DNA of 64,000 nt from Cyanobacteria bacterium P01_A01_bin.123 (GCA_039815185.1 JBCBZT010000009.1:32001-96000), one strand, 5' to 3'; positions 21,691 to 32,989 are shown, counted from the stretch's first letter. The notes: generated by a model from the sequence alone, not told the origin. Program-made: numbers and translations.

Positions 21691-21918
21691 GGGAGTGGAG
21701 CTAGACAACATGCTTGGCCACCAACGACCCTAGGGCGTCGCCCATAGCCAATCCCACACATCTGTCCGTTGGAGCTTTAGTTTTGACTTGATCTATGGCG
21801 ACATCTCAAACCGTATCTGTCACCTTACCCACTGCCCAGCCTGCCACTGGAGTCAGGAATTCCAAAACCATAGCCATCCAGTCGTGTAGAGGTTGCCGCC
21901 ATTATGACAAGCAAACCT

Positions 21919-24729
21919 TTAATTCGTCTCGCCCATCAGCGTAAACGCTGCCCAATCGCGCGGGTGGGGATAGCGATCGCGGGTAATCAACATCGCCTGC
22001 CGCAACGCTTGGGCCTTATCTTGCCCCTGGCTCAACTGCTGGTAAAATTCAGTCATCAACTCCGCCGTCGGCGCATCCGGTACCGACCACAGCGACACCA
22101 CCACACTGGGCACCCCAGCCGCCACTAAAGATCGTGACAGGCCCACCACCCCGTCCCCCACAATCCTCCCCAACCCAGTATCGCAGGCGCTGAGCACCAC
22201 TAAATCGGCCTGTAAATCGAGCTGCAAAATTTCAGCCGCCGTCAGCAACCCATCGTCGCCATTGCCAGGCGTAAGGGCGATCGCTCCTGGTAAGTCTTGC
22301 ACCCCAGAAGCGGCTACCTGGCCATATTCCAACAGACCGTGGGTCGCCAGATGAATCACAGTGGCATCGGTGGCCTGTTGCTTGACCTGAGATTCTGTGG
22401 CTTGATTGCCGATGAGGGCTTGCAGATTAAATAGAGACGCGATCGCTTCGGCTTCTTGCTGGGCACCGGGTAGGGGAGGTAGCGGGGTGAGGCTATTGGT
22501 TTCCGGTGACCACACCTGGGGCATGGTGGGGTTGCCCACAACCAAAAACTCCGCCGGATTGACGTTGGCCAGCGTTGTCGAGTCGTGTTGGCTCAGCTGT
22601 TGAGTTAGCCCCAAAACTTGGATTGACGGCACCGTGGAAAGGGTATGGTGCTCAATTAAAACCTCGCCCGATGGGTTTTGCAGGGCCGCAAACGGCACCA
22701 GAAATAGGCTGTCTCGGGGGATAAAAATGACGCGATCGCCGGGGTCATCAGGCAAAAACTCGGCAATCGGGGCAATCAAAAGCTGGTGAAGCTGTTGGTA
22801 AATGGCTGCATCATCCCCTTGGGGACTGTTCCCAGCAACATTAGCGACGACCCCTACCCCCCGCCCGCCAACATCGAGGCGAACGGATTCAACTAAAGCA
22901 TTGAGCCAGGTGTCGGGTGCCCGCGTTGCTGCTCTAGTCTGGTTGGGTGCTAAGGCCTGGAGTGATACCGAGCGGAAGGCAATGTCACCATCGGGTTGCA
23001 CAACCCAAATGTGTAGGGCCGGGTCGCTCAAATCATCTTCTGCCAAGGAATATTCCACCAGGGTGGCATTTTGAGTGTGGGCGATTTGGCGAATTTGAGC
23101 CACATCCGGGGGCACAAGTTCAACCTCGGTGGCCAACTGCTCAGACAAATTAGCAGCAATCAGGTCTGCAAAGGCGCGGGTACGACCCTGTTCGCTCGCC
23201 ACCAGTGCATCTTCTGGGCGATCGGCTAACACCAACACCTGCTCTAGAGTGCGATAGATATTTTGCTGGGTTTCCAGCAGAGCGATTTTTTCGGCGTCGC
23301 TGAGATCAGCCGCCCGCACTTGATCAAGCAGCACCAGCGAACGACGGAGTTGAGATTCGGCCTCATCCAAGCGGTTTTGCTGGGCTGAAATCAGGGCCAG
23401 GTTGCGGCGGATGCGGGCTTCTCCTTGGGGATCTTCTAGGGTTTGAAAGATATCAAGGGCCTGGTTATAAAGGGCGATCGCGTCGTCATATTGCTCCCGC
23501 CGAGCGTAGATCAAGGCAATATTGTTGAGACTGCGGGCTTCGCCAAATCGGAACCCCGTTGCTTGAAAGAGCTCCAATGCCGCCGTGTAATAGGGCAGGG
23601 CTTGGTCGTCCTGCTGCTGGTTGTAGAAAACGGAGCCCAGGTTATTGAGGGTCGTGGCTTCTCCGCCGCGATCGCCCGTTTCCCGGTGAATGGCTAAGGC
23701 TTCCTCGTAGCTTTGTTGGGCAGCGGCATACTGCTCTAGGGACTCTTGAATGCCGCCGATGTTGTTTAAGGGGTAGCCCTGGTCGAAACGGTTACCAACA
23801 GACTGGAGAATCGCAACCGATTGTTGGCAGTGGTCTAAGGCGCGTTCATATTGCCCCAGTCGATAGTAGGTGAGGCAAAAGATATTCAGGGTAACGGCTT
23901 CTCCACTGCGATCGCCAACAGTGCGTCGCTTTTCTAGGGCGGATTGCAGTTGGGTCAAGGCTTGGGGATATTCGCCGAGGCGCACATAAATCAAACCCAG
24001 TTGGGTCAACGTGTGGGCTTCAGTCGCAAGATCATTCTGCGATCGAAAAAGTGTCAGCGCTTCCTCAATCACCTGAATAGCGGATTGATAATCGCCCAGC
24101 GACTGATGGGTTGACCCCAGGTTTGCCAGCACCTCTGCGGTTTTCCCCGGTTCGTTGAGGGTGCGATTGAGCGCCAATGCCTGTTCAAGATAGTCTAGAG
24201 ACGCCTCATAGTCACTGATGTCATTAGCGATGACGCCCAAATTGTTGAGGCTATCCGCTTCTAGCCTGGGGTTACCCAAGGTTTCTGCAAGGGTTAGGGC
24301 TTGGGTATAGCGATCGCGGGCCTGTGTCGCTTGTCCTAAAAACCGATACACCTGCCCCAAATCGATCAGCGTAAAACCTTCCCCAAGCGAGTTTCCGCTA
24401 TCGCGATAGGCTGCCAAAGCCTGTTCAAGCAGGGACAGCGCAGCTTCGTAATTATTTTGGTTCGCCTGCTCGATGCCCTGCATTCTAAGGCGATCGGCCT
24501 CGTTTGAGCCGAAGTTGCCCTGAGCAATGAATGGGGGACTGATTAGCGGAGCGGTCAGGGTAATGGGCGATTCATTAGAAATTCTAGGGACGATTGATTG
24601 ACTTGCTAAGGCAGGAAGGGGCGCGATCGCAGTCAAAATTCCCACCAAGAGGCTGTGTATCCACCGACTTTTCTCACCAGTATTCCGGACAGTGTTGCAG
24701 AAAAATCTAAGGAAAAAGCTAACCATCAA
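21919..24729 (-). CDS. TPR-repeat + CHAT (caspase HetF associated with TPRs) domain protein
   Basis: About 40-aa TPR repeats (LNNLG...Y..AL). The CHAT dyad HLATHG / LSACDTG is intact; VVSLWSV and WAAF are present. N-terminal signal-like segment. Confidence 0.93.
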   Translation of the reverse strand: MMVSFFLRFFCNTVRNTGEKSRWIHSLLVGILTAIAPLPALASQSIVPRISNESPITLTAPLISPPFIAQGNFGSNEADRLRMQGIEQANQNNYEAALSLLEQALAAYRDSGNSLGEGFTLIDLGQVYRFLGQATQARDRYTQALTLAETLGNPRLEADSLNNLGVIANDISDYEASLDYLEQALALNRTLNEPGKTAEVLANLGSTHQSLGDYQSAIQVIEEALTLFRSQNDLATEAHTLTQLGLIYVRLGEYPQALTQLQSALEKRRTVGDRSGEAVTLNIFCLTYYRLGQYERALDHCQQSVAILQSVGNRFDQGYPLNNIGGIQESLEQYAAAQQSYEEALAIHRETGDRGGEATTLNNLGSVFYNQQQDDQALPYYTAALELFQATGFRFGEARSLNNIALIYARREQYDDAIALYNQALDIFQTLEDPQGEARIRRNLALISAQQNRLDEAESQLRRSLVLLDQVRAADLSDAEKIALLETQQNIYRTLEQVLVLADRPEDALVASEQGRTRAFADLIAANLSEQLATEVELVPPDVAQIRQIAHTQNATLVEYSLAEDDLSDPALHIWVVQPDGDIAFRSVSLQALAPNQTRAATRAPDTWLNALVESVRLDVGGRGVGVVANVAGNSPQGDDAAIYQQLHQLLIAPIAEFLPDDPGDRVIFIPRDSLFLVPFAALQNPSGEVLIEHHTLSTVPSIQVLGLTQQLSQHDSTTLANVNPAEFLVVGNPTMPQVWSPETNSLTPLPPLPGAQQEAEAIASLFNLQALIGNQATESQVKQQATDATVIHLATHGLLEYGQVAASGVQDLPGAIALTPGNGDDGLLTAAEILQLDLQADLVVLSACDTGLGRIVGDGVVGLSRSLVAAGVPSVVVSLWSVPDAPTAELMTEFYQQLSQGQDKAQALRQAMLITRDRYPHPRDWAAFTLMGETN

Positions 24730-24852
24730 TCGGCAATTCCTAACAGTTGAAGCAATGAACGAGGTTTAAACCGTTGACTACACCCAGATCTATAGTTTCC
24801 CCCTTACTCTACTTTTTAAGTAGTTGAGTCATAATCCAGAACTCGAGTTCGT

Positions 24853-25788
24853 CTAGGTAGTTAATGCGGCTAAAAGCTGGGCCGAGACGAAGGGCAAGAT
24901 GGCCTTGTTTTGGCTATTGTCTATGCCCTCTGTAAACACGACTAGCAAGTAGGGGGCACAGTCTGGAACTTCAATGTAAGCAGCATCGTGACGCACTTTA
25001 CTCGTCCACCCCGCCTTTGACCACACAGCTGAATTGGGAGATAGCCCCTCTGCCAAAAAACCTACGATCTGATTTTCGGGATCGTTAGCATAGTCTTTAG
25101 GATCGAGGCTGCGTTGCATAAGTGACATCATCGCCTGCGATCGCGCCGCTGTTACTGACACCCCACCCACAATGCTGTGAATCAATCTCGCCACCGCATT
25201 CGTGGTCAACCCATTACGATTTTCATAGGTTTCGCCCAAAAACAAGCGCTCCCGCCCGTAGGGGCCATCGCACCAGGTCTTTTGGTTCACATTGATGGTT
25301 TGCAGTTCCGGCCACTTCAAGCCTTGGAAATAGCGATTGACCAAGTTGCGCTGATTTTGCCAAGTCACAAACGGCCCTTCTGGTAATGCGGGGCCGCTAG
25401 TCGTTCCAGTCAGCACATCGATAACGAGACTGGTGGCATCGTTGCTAGAGTCCACAATCATGTCTCGTGTAGCCCGCATCAACTCGTCTGAGGGTTGAAT
25501 CATGCTTTGCTCTAGCCACTCTTGCACCGCTACGAGATAAAACAGCTTGACCACACTGGCCGGATAAATGGTTTCTACGCCGCGATAGGCGACTCCCCGG
25601 GGCCGATGCTGCCAAAACGCTTCTGGGCTTAGCGCCCCCCCGGTGTTGACGATTACGGGCGGATCATAAACTACCCAAGTCACCGCGATTTGGTTTTGAG
25701 CCAACCCCGGAAAAGCCTGCCAGGTTTGGGCTAGAACTTGATCTAAACTCTCTTGCAGTGCCCCATCGGTTTGAAAGAAGGTCATCAT
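24853..25788 (-). CDS. Serine hydrolase, class A beta-lactamase-like / PBP-A family
   Basis: PASVVK (SxxK), SSNDAT and SKAGWTSKVRHDAA motifs. Confidence 0.85.
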   Translation of the reverse strand: MMTFFQTDGALQESLDQVLAQTWQAFPGLAQNQIAVTWVVYDPPVIVNTGGALSPEAFWQHRPRGVAYRGVETIYPASVVKLFYLVAVQEWLEQSMIQPSDELMRATRDMIVDSSNDATSLVIDVLTGTTSGPALPEGPFVTWQNQRNLVNRYFQGLKWPELQTINVNQKTWCDGPYGRERLFLGETYENRNGLTTNAVARLIHSIVGGVSVTAARSQAMMSLMQRSLDPKDYANDPENQIVGFLAEGLSPNSAVWSKAGWTSKVRHDAAYIEVPDCAPYLLVVFTEGIDNSQNKAILPFVSAQLLAALTT

Positions 25789-25970
25789 CGCCGCGATCGC
25801 ATCATCAACAGTTTCCTCAGCTAGGATAAGCGGTTTCTAGCGTTTTGGGCTTTTACTTTATGATGAGTTGACTCGATTGATAAAGCGTGTCATTGGTACC
25901 CCCGATGCCCCTGAACACACCCCAATTCCCCGCGCGATCGCCACATTGCTAGCTGTTTTTTGAATCAAAA

Positions 25971-26999
25971 ATGCAAAAGCTTACCCTTACCCAACCCGAT
26001 GACTGGCATCTGCATGTCCGTGATGGTGCAGTGCTGAAGGCGGTTTTGCCCCATACGGTGCGTCAGTTTGCCCGCGCCATCATTATGCCGAATTTGAAGC
26101 CCCCCGTGCGCTCAGTAGCCGATGCTGCGGCCTATCGCGATCGCATCATTGCTGCAATTCCGACTGGCAAACGGTTTGAGCCACTGATGACGCTCTACCT
26201 CACTGACAACACAACTCCCCAAGACATTATCGCAGCCAAAGCCTCCCAGTTTGTCAAAGCGGTTAAGTACTATCCCGCCGGGGCAACCACCAATTCAGAC
26301 TCCGGGGTGACGAACATTCATCGCTGCGACCCGGTCTTTGAAGCGATGCAACAGGTCAACATGCCGCTATTGCTACACGGGGAAGTGACCGATCAAGCGG
26401 TTGATGTGTTCGATCGCGAGAAGGTCTTTATCGAGAAACAGTTGATCCCCCTCAAACAGCGATTCCCCAATCTGCGCATTGTGCTTGAGCACATTACCAC
26501 CTCAGATGCGGTGCAGTTTGTCTTAGCGGCTAACCACATCGCTGCCACGATCACGCCACAGCATCTCTTGTTTAACCGAAATATCCTATTCAAAGGGGGG
26601 ATCCGCCCCCATTTTTATTGCCTGCCAATTTTGAAACATGAGGTGCATCGTCAGGCAATTTTGCAAGCGGCCACCTCTGGGAATCATAAGTTTTTTCTGG
26701 GCACCGATAGCGCCCCCCATACCCGCAATAGCAAAGAAAATTCCTGTGGGTGTGCGGGGTGCTATTCGGCTTTGCATGCTCTGGAGCTATATGCAGAAGC
26801 GTTTGAAAGCGTTGATGCCCTCGATAAGCTTGAAGCGTTCGCCAGTTTTCATGGCCCAGACTTTTATCAACTTCCCCGCAATACGGAACAAATTACCTTG
26901 ATCAAAACCCCTTGGCGCATTCCTGACGAAGTGCCATTGACTGAATCCGGACTTGTGCCTTTGCGGGCAGGGGAAGAGATGACGTGGCAAATGGCATGA
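25971..26999 (+). CDS. pyrC: Dihydroorotase (homodimeric type)
   Basis: [29 protein letters not shown] and GTDSAPH motifs. Confidence 0.97.
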   Translation: MQKLTLTQPDDWHLHVRDGAVLKAVLPHTVRQFARAIIMPNLKPPVRSVADAAAYRDRIIAAIPTGKRFEPLMTLYLTDNTTPQDIIAAKASQFVKAVKYYPAGATTNSDSGVTNIHRCDPVFEAMQQVNMPLLLHGEVTDQAVDVFDREKVFIEKQLIPLKQRFPNLRIVLEHITTSDAVQFVLAANHIAATITPQHLLFNRNILFKGGIRPHFYCLPILKHEVHRQAILQAATSGNHKFFLGTDSAPHTRNSKENSCGCAGCYSALHALELYAEAFESVDALDKLEAFASFHGPDFYQLPRNTEQITLIKTPWRIPDEVPLTESGLVPLRAGEEMTWQMA

Positions 27000-27082
27000 T
27001 ACTGGTGCACCAGGGGGCAAAGCTTTTACGGCTCTGAATCTGTAGGGTAACGCAGCGATTTCAAAGTGCGATCGCTCTATAT

Positions 27083-28000
27083 CTATCTTGGCTCCTGACT
27101 CAAACTTGGCGGCAATGCTGGCGGTGTTTGAGGCACTGTAAAGTAAGTGGGTTGCTGCCCATGATCGCGATTGGGCTCAGAAAATAGCATTGGCGTTTGG
27201 ACAATCTGAGACTCATCACTAAGGGCTTGAACTTCTGACGCGATCGCCTCTATAGCCACCTCAAACGACTGATCCTCAGACTGTTGCCAGAGATAACGGG
27301 TCAACACATACGTAAATACCCCCGCATGAACGCCATCAAACATAGATTCGTCCGCCAACTGTTCAGCAGCAGAGGCTGCCAGCAATACGCCCTTGGCAAA
27401 GCCCGTTTCTGTCGCAAAACTACCGCCACCCATCACATCCAGCACGACGGTCAGTTGATCGGTTGCCAATCTACCCAGGATATCTGCGAGTTCCGGACGT
27501 GAAATGCTGCCCTCTGGCGGTGAGGGCACTGCGGATAACCAGTCTTCCCTTTCTGGAAAAGCGCCATCCACAGGCATCAGCACCCCCATCAAACAATCAT
27601 CCATCCCACAGTTTGGCTCTCTAACGAAGACGGTATGCCCCGAAAAGTGCAGCACAACAATGTCACCAGGACTTGCCTGCTGGATCAAGTGCGTTTCAAT
27701 GGCGTTCAAAATTCCGTCCCGGGTGGCTTCGCCATCAAGCAACGTGAGAATATCGGCTGGCTGGAACCCATAGCGATCGCGCAGCAATTGTTCTTGCAGT
27801 CGAACATCCGTAATGCACCCCTGAAGCGGAGTAATGTTCTCGTCTTGATAATCATTGATGCCAATTAACAGGGCTAACTTTCGGGGGGTAGGCTGGGCTG
27901 AAGCGTAGGGCACATGGAGTGGGTTGTATTGTCCCCAGCCTAGGGTAGCTAGGGTAGCCAGTGTGCCTCGTAAAAGTTGACGGCGGTATATTCGAGTCAT
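27083..28000 (-). CDS. Caspase-family (peptidase C14) protein, probably catalytically inactive, with Tat-like signal
   Basis: KLALLIGINDY, LQGCITDV, ATRDGI, HFSGH and GVFTY. The D-x-C-x-S-G motif is replaced by LDVMGGG. N-terminal RRQLL. Confidence 0.8.
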   Translation of the reverse strand: MTRIYRRQLLRGTLATLATLGWGQYNPLHVPYASAQPTPRKLALLIGINDYQDENITPLQGCITDVRLQEQLLRDRYGFQPADILTLLDGEATRDGILNAIETHLIQQASPGDIVVLHFSGHTVFVREPNCGMDDCLMGVLMPVDGAFPEREDWLSAVPSPPEGSISRPELADILGRLATDQLTVVLDVMGGGSFATETGFAKGVLLAASAAEQLADESMFDGVHAGVFTYVLTRYLWQQSEDQSFEVAIEAIASEVQALSDESQIVQTPMLFSEPNRDHGQQPTYFTVPQTPPALPPSLSQEPR

Positions 28001-28233
28001 AGTTACAGATGAGAGAGACTACCTTTCTCGATGCCAATCACCTGGTTGTCTAGGGAGACGATGCAAGCGTGGGTTATGTTGCATCTGTCGTCCGGCAATC
28101 TGCCAACGTTATAATTTCTCTAACCTGAATAGATAAGGATTCTGTCGATGATCTTGCGGAGTACGGTTGAGCATGGCCGTAGCGATTTTAGGGCTTTTTG
28201 GACTGTGCTGGCTGGTTTTAGATAGGGGAACCG

Positions 28234-28983
28234 ATGGTTGATCAACTAACTATCACGGATGAAATTACCTTTCCCGATGCCAATCAACTGGTCACCGAGG
28301 ACGATACGCCAGTGGATAATTTTGCATCTGCTAAGCAACAGCGGCTTTTAGTCAGTTCGCTCTACAGTTCCTTGACTGAACAACGCTTTTTAGCCGAAGC
28401 CAATGTCGGTATTTATCACACTGTCAATCAACCGGCGATTGTCCCCGATGCCTTTGTCAGCTTCAATGTGCAGGTACCTGAAAACTGGTGGGAAAAGCAG
28501 AATCGCTGCTACCTGGTGTGGAATTTTGGCAAACCGCCCGAGATTGCGATTGAAATTGTCTCCAACAAGGTCGGTGGTGAACTAACGGACAAGCTTAAAA
28601 TCTATGAGCAGATGCGAGTGAGCTACTACGGCGTCTATGACCCTAGCCAACAGTTGGGCGATACCATACTGCGGCTCTACGAAATTAGAGGAATACATTT
28701 CACTGAAATGCAAGAACCCTGGCTAGAGCAGGTGGGCCTAGGTTTAACGACTTGGCAGGGTGACTTTGAAGGGCGGCAGGACACCTGGCTCCGCTGGTGT
28801 GATCAGAGTGGCAACATTTTGTTGACGGGTGACGAGCGAGCCGAACAAGAAAAACAGCGAGCTGAACAAGAAAAACAGCGGGCTGAACAAGAAAAGCAGC
28901 GGGCTGAACAAGAAAAGCAGCGGGCCGATCGCTTGGCGGATTTTTTGCGATCGCAAGGCATCAACCCTGATCAATTACCCTAG
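28234..28983 (+). CDS. Uma2-family (DUF820) endonuclease with C-terminal coiled-coil repeats
   Basis: EDDTPVDN, PDAF, KPPEIAIEIVS, YDP and WLRW motifs; (RAEQEKQ)x4. Confidence 0.9.
   Translation: MVDQLTITDEITFPDANQLVTEDDTPVDNFASAKQQRLLVSSLYSSLTEQRFLAEANVGIYHTVNQPAIVPDAFVSFNVQVPENWWEKQNRCYLVWNFGKPPEIAIEIVSNKVGGELTDKLKIYEQMRVSYYGVYDPSQQLGDTILRLYEIRGIHFTEMQEPWLEQVGLGLTTWQGDFEGRQDTWLRWCDQSGNILLTGDERAEQEKQRAEQEKQRAEQEKQRAEQEKQRADRLADFLRSQGINPDQLP
28837..28926 (+). repeat. 21-bp coding tandem repeat, about 4 copies
   Basis: CGRGCYGAACAAGAAAARCAG repeated at 28837, 28858, 28879 and 28900. Confidence 0.9.
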
Positions 28984-29006
28984 TATCAGTCAAATAGTAT
29001 CAATCA

Positions 29007-29267
29007 ATGAAAATCCCCGATCTAGACGCCGACACGATCAATCGCGTGATTGAAATGGCCTGGGAAGATCGCACTCCCTTTGTCGCCATCGAACGTCAAT
29101 TTGGCCTCAAAGAAAAAGACGTGATTGTCCTCATGCGTCGGCAAATGGAAGCCTCCAGCTTTAGGATGTGGCGCAAGCGGGTGTCTGGTCGCAAAACCAA
29201 GCACCTCAAACAGCGAGACTTCCTGTCGGGACGGTTTAAGTCCAGCAACCAGAAGGGCTCGTTGTAA
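29007..29267 (+). CDS. TIGR03643/DUF2805 family protein
   Basis: RVIEMAWEDRTPF...QFGL.E...WRKRV.GRKTKH signature. Confidence 0.88.
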   Translation: MKIPDLDADTINRVIEMAWEDRTPFVAIERQFGLKEKDVIVLMRRQMEASSFRMWRKRVSGRKTKHLKQRDFLSGRFKSSNQKGSL

Positions 29268-29296
29268 GATCAAGATGAGTATTGAGGGGCGATCGC

Positions 29297-30079
29297 CTAA
29301 TGAAGAATCTGCGACAAGAACTTCTGCGACCGTTCTTCTTTGGGGTTGTTGAAGAACTCTTCAGGCGTACCTTCTTCAACCAAAACGCCGTCAGCCATTA
29401 GCACCACCCGGTCAGCCACTTCACGGGCAAAGCCGACTTCGTGGGTCACACAGACCATGGTCATCCCTTCACCCGCCAGCTCACGCATCACGTCGAGCAC
29501 TTCGCGCACCATTTCGGGGTCGAGGGCAGAGGTGGGTTCGTCGAACAGCATCGCTTTGGGTTGCATGGCAAGTGAGCGGGCGATCGCGACCCGTTGCTGC
29601 TGTCCGCCAGAGAGCTGGCCTGGAAACTTGTGGGCCTGCTCTAAAATACCAACCCGCTCTAAGAACTGCATGGCAACCTCAGTGGCTTTGGCCTTGGGCC
29701 ATCGCCGTACCCAAATGGGGGCCAGGGTGACGTTTTGCAGCACAGTTAAGTGGGGAAACAGGTTGAAATGCTGAAACACCATACCCACTTCTTTGCGGAC
29801 TTGCTCAATATCTTTCAGGTCATGGGAGATTAAAATGCCATCAATTTCAATGCTGCCTTTTTGGTAAGGCTCTAGGGCATTGAACGTGCGGATAAAGGTG
29901 GATTTACCTGAACCCGATGGCCCCATTACCACCACCACCTCACCTCGATTCACTGTCAGACTAACGCCTTTGAGCACATGGAAGCCGTTGTCGTACCACT
30001 TTTCCACATCCTTGGCGATGATAACGGGTTCTGTCCCCATCTGATCGGTTGGTGTGGTCTCGGTTTGATACTGTGTCAT
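29297..30079 (-). CDS. Polar amino acid ABC transporter ATP-binding protein (AapP/BgtA-like)
   Basis: [33 protein letters not shown] and VTHE motifs. Confidence 0.94.
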   Translation of the reverse strand: MTQYQTETTPTDQMGTEPVIIAKDVEKWYDNGFHVLKGVSLTVNRGEVVVVMGPSGSGKSTFIRTFNALEPYQKGSIEIDGILISHDLKDIEQVRKEVGMVFQHFNLFPHLTVLQNVTLAPIWVRRWPKAKATEVAMQFLERVGILEQAHKFPGQLSGGQQQRVAIARSLAMQPKAMLFDEPTSALDPEMVREVLDVMRELAGEGMTMVCVTHEVGFAREVADRVVLMADGVLVEEGTPEEFFNNPKEERSQKFLSQILH

Positions 30080-30292
30080 TACCTAATCTCTCCTGCTGAT
30101 CTAGCCCAGCGCGATCGCTCAATTTTCAATACTTAAACAAAAGGATGCCGCTGTGGAATTATCCAGCCCCTATCCCTATATTTGTCTATTTTGGCACTAA
30201 CCTAAAAGGTCTTACGGTTTCTGTCTGTCAACTGTTACACGCAGAACGTATAATTCTTCCAGCCAGTGACCTGCAAATCAGCGGCGTTCAAA

Positions 30293-31573
30293 TTAATGAG
30301 TCGTATTTAACTTCTCCTCAATCTTGCGACTACCCAAGGACATGGCGTAGCAAAAGAACCAATACATCACCCCAATAAATAGGTAAACCTCCGCATAACG
30401 ACCTAGATAGTTTGGGTTCGCCAAGATAGATCTACTAATACCCAAAAGTTCCGCCAAGCCAACAATAGAAAGCAGCGTCGTGTCTTGAAACAAACTGATA
30501 AACTGCCCGACAATTGCCGGAATCGCAATTTTCAAAGCCTGGGGTAGTACGATGAACAACATCGTCAGCGGCTTATTAACCCCCAGAGACGCAGCCGCTT
30601 CGCTTTGACCACGCGGGATTGCCTGTAGTCCGGCCCGCACGTTCTCGGCCAAATAGGCCGCACTGAACAAGGTCAGACCAATCACTGCCCGCGCTACCCG
30701 TTCCGGACGCATACCATCGGGTAAAAACAGCGGAATCATTACTTGTCCCATAAACAAAATTGAAATTAGCGGAACGCCACGGACTACCTCAATGTAGGCC
30801 GTAGAGAGCCATTTAACGGCAGGCAGTTGACTCCGCCGTCCCAAGGCTAGCAGTAGACCCAACGGGAAGCACAGGGAAATCCCCGCAACGGCTACCAACA
30901 GAGTCAGCACCAATCCTCCCCAGTCGTTAACCGGGGCTGCTGCTGGCGTAGCCCCGAAAAAGAGATAGCCAATGCCCCCTAAAATCGATCCCGGCACCAA
31001 TGGGATATAGGGGATCGGGTTGAAGATCAGGGGATAAAGAGGAACCAGGCTAATCAGCCAAATTAAAGAGAGCCAGGTGCCAAGCTTAGGAATCTTTTTC
31101 CCTAAAGCCCGTCCGATCCAGGCCATGCCTGCAACGATAGCGACCATCGGCAATAACTTAAGCGTACTGGGCCGAGTTGCCGGAAACACGACAATGGCCG
31201 CACATATCACGCCGATGCCAATCAAGACATTGCGGTTAAACAGGGTAGAAAGATTACGCCCTAGCACGCCCCAAGATAGGCCACCCATAAGGCAGACAAA
31301 TCCCAGTAGCACCCAAACTCGCCAGTACAAATCACTGGGATACAGCCCAGTCATAAACAGGCCAATATTATTGGGAATCACCTCCCACTGGGCCACGGTG
31401 AAAGCCCAGGTACCTAACCCATAGGCCGCATAAGCCAAGATTGCCACGACGACAATTGTGAGAGCGCTATTGAATAAATCGCTAAACAGATTCTTCCGCA
31501 TCCAGGCAACTGGGCCAACCTGGATAACCTCAGGGGGCAGAGAACTGGAAGCCGTTGGGGTAGTCGTCGTCAT
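30293..31573 (-). CDS. natH: Amino acid ABC transporter permease (AapM/NatH-like)
   Basis: WGGLVLTL, RGVPLI, AENVRAGLQAIPRGQSEAA and FQDTTL motifs. Confidence 0.88.
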   Translation of the reverse strand: MTTTTPTASSSLPPEVIQVGPVAWMRKNLFSDLFNSALTIVVVAILAYAAYGLGTWAFTVAQWEVIPNNIGLFMTGLYPSDLYWRVWVLLGFVCLMGGLSWGVLGRNLSTLFNRNVLIGIGVICAAIVVFPATRPSTLKLLPMVAIVAGMAWIGRALGKKIPKLGTWLSLIWLISLVPLYPLIFNPIPYIPLVPGSILGGIGYLFFGATPAAAPVNDWGGLVLTLLVAVAGISLCFPLGLLLALGRRSQLPAVKWLSTAYIEVVRGVPLISILFMGQVMIPLFLPDGMRPERVARAVIGLTLFSAAYLAENVRAGLQAIPRGQSEAAASLGVNKPLTMLFIVLPQALKIAIPAIVGQFISLFQDTTLLSIVGLAELLGISRSILANPNYLGRYAEVYLFIGVMYWFFCYAMSLGSRKIEEKLNTTH

Positions 31574-31576
31574 CGA

Positions 31577-32752
31577 TTAGCGCTCCTTAAACTGGACGGC
31601 CTGGTTGACTTGGTTCATCACCAGGGAAATCAACAGGTTAATGACTAAGTAGGTGGCCATCAACACCAAAAATACCTCCACCGGGCGGCCCGTTTGGTTA
31701 TACGTGGTGTTGGCAATGGCATAAATCTCTGGGTAGGCCACCGCAAAAGCCAAACTGGAGTTTTTGGCCAGGTTCATAAATTCACTGTTGAGCGGGGGGA
31801 CGATGACCCGCATTGCTTGGGGAAAGACCACCAGTCGCATCACTAGGCCGTTGTTAAAGCCAACTGAGCGTGCGGCTTCCCATTGGCCTTTGGACACAGA
31901 TTGAATTCCGGCCCGAACAATCTCTGCAATGAAGGCACCCGTATAAAACACTAGGGCTGAGAGAGAAGCCACATATTCACGAGACAGCCTCATGCCCCCA
32001 GTAACGCCGCCCCCTTCCATACCTTCGGGAAATCGCCAACCCAGACCCAAAATCAGCACAACCAGGGCGGCGGCACCAATCCCGCCTATGATGTAGAGCT
32101 GGTTTTGACCCGGTTCGCCCCGTTCAACCATGGCCTTGGTACGATTACGCCAGACAAAAAATGCTGCGATCGCAGCCACAACTATCAGCCCGAGGCCAAT
32201 CCAAGCCCGGGGCGTATTTTCAGGCCAAAACAGGTAGATGCCACGGTTATTCAGGAAGGCTAACCTGCCAATGCCAATTTGCTCTGCTGGCTGGGGCAAA
32301 CCGCCATAGACCGCAAAGTACCAAAAAAAGAGTTGCAACAATAGGGGAACGTTGCGCACTAACCCGACATAGGCGCGGCTAATTTTGTACACCAACCAGT
32401 TTTGAGAAAAACTAGCAACGCCAGCGGTTGTTCCTAGCAAGCTCGCCAGGACAATCCCTGCGGCTACTAACACTAGCGTATTGACTAAGCCCACAAATAG
32501 CGCTTTGGCATAGGCATCTTGCGGCTGATAATCAACTGCACTTTCGCCAATGCTGAAGCCCGCTTGATTGCTCAGAAAAGCGAAACCGAAGTCAATGCCC
32601 TGACTGGCTAAATTACTGCTGAGGTTGCCGATTAAAAAAGCAAACAATCCCACAACAATGGCGACAACAATCACCTGAAAGGCAATCTTCCAAAACCGCT
32701 CATCGCGCAGGAGTTTCCCTAAACTAAATCCGTTGCTGCTACTACTTACCAT
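31577..32752 (-). CDS. natG: Amino acid ABC transporter permease (AapQ/NatG-like)
   Basis: AGFSIGES, RNVPLLLQL, AEIVRAGIQSVSKGQWEAA and KNSSLA motifs. Confidence 0.88.
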   Translation of the reverse strand: MVSSSSNGFSLGKLLRDERFWKIAFQVIVVAIVVGLFAFLIGNLSSNLASQGIDFGFAFLSNQAGFSIGESAVDYQPQDAYAKALFVGLVNTLVLVAAGIVLASLLGTTAGVASFSQNWLVYKISRAYVGLVRNVPLLLQLFFWYFAVYGGLPQPAEQIGIGRLAFLNNRGIYLFWPENTPRAWIGLGLIVVAAIAAFFVWRNRTKAMVERGEPGQNQLYIIGGIGAAALVVLILGLGWRFPEGMEGGGVTGGMRLSREYVASLSALVFYTGAFIAEIVRAGIQSVSKGQWEAARSVGFNNGLVMRLVVFPQAMRVIVPPLNSEFMNLAKNSSLAFAVAYPEIYAIANTTYNQTGRPVEVFLVLMATYLVINLLISLVMNQVNQAVQFKER

Positions 32753-32951
32753 AAATCAGTCCTGAAGCCATGTTTGAAGCCACTTTATACAACGGCTGTC
32801 CGTAAATATAACCAAAAGTGTGGAGTTACTTTAAGTCCAGTGGCTCAATATTTGATAGAACAATAAGCTAAAACCGTACCTTGGAAAAGTTTCACCTGTT
32901 ACAAGCGTTACATCTTCTCAGAGAATAGTTCACAAGTGTACGCAGCTATAG

Positions 32952-32989
32952 CAAAACGGAGCAGAGAAAACTAACTCTACCCCGCTTTG
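32952..32989 (-). terminator. Stem-loop between the substrate-binding gene and the permeases (partial terminator or mRNA stabiliser)
   Basis: On the minus strand CAAAGCGGGGTAGAG-8nt-CTCTGCTCCGTTTTG forms a 15-bp stem that is fully paired using G-U. This works only on the transcribed strand. Confidence 0.65.

Noticed and set aside
24853..25788. Bona fide antibiotic-resistance beta-lactamase
   Set aside because: It fits the widespread cyanobacterial PBP-A-like serine hydrolases; I could not identify the class A omega-loop ExxLN motif.
28837..28926. Novel repeat system in the Uma2 gene
   Set aside because: RAEQE-type coiled-coil tails are commonplace in cyanobacterial Uma2 proteins.
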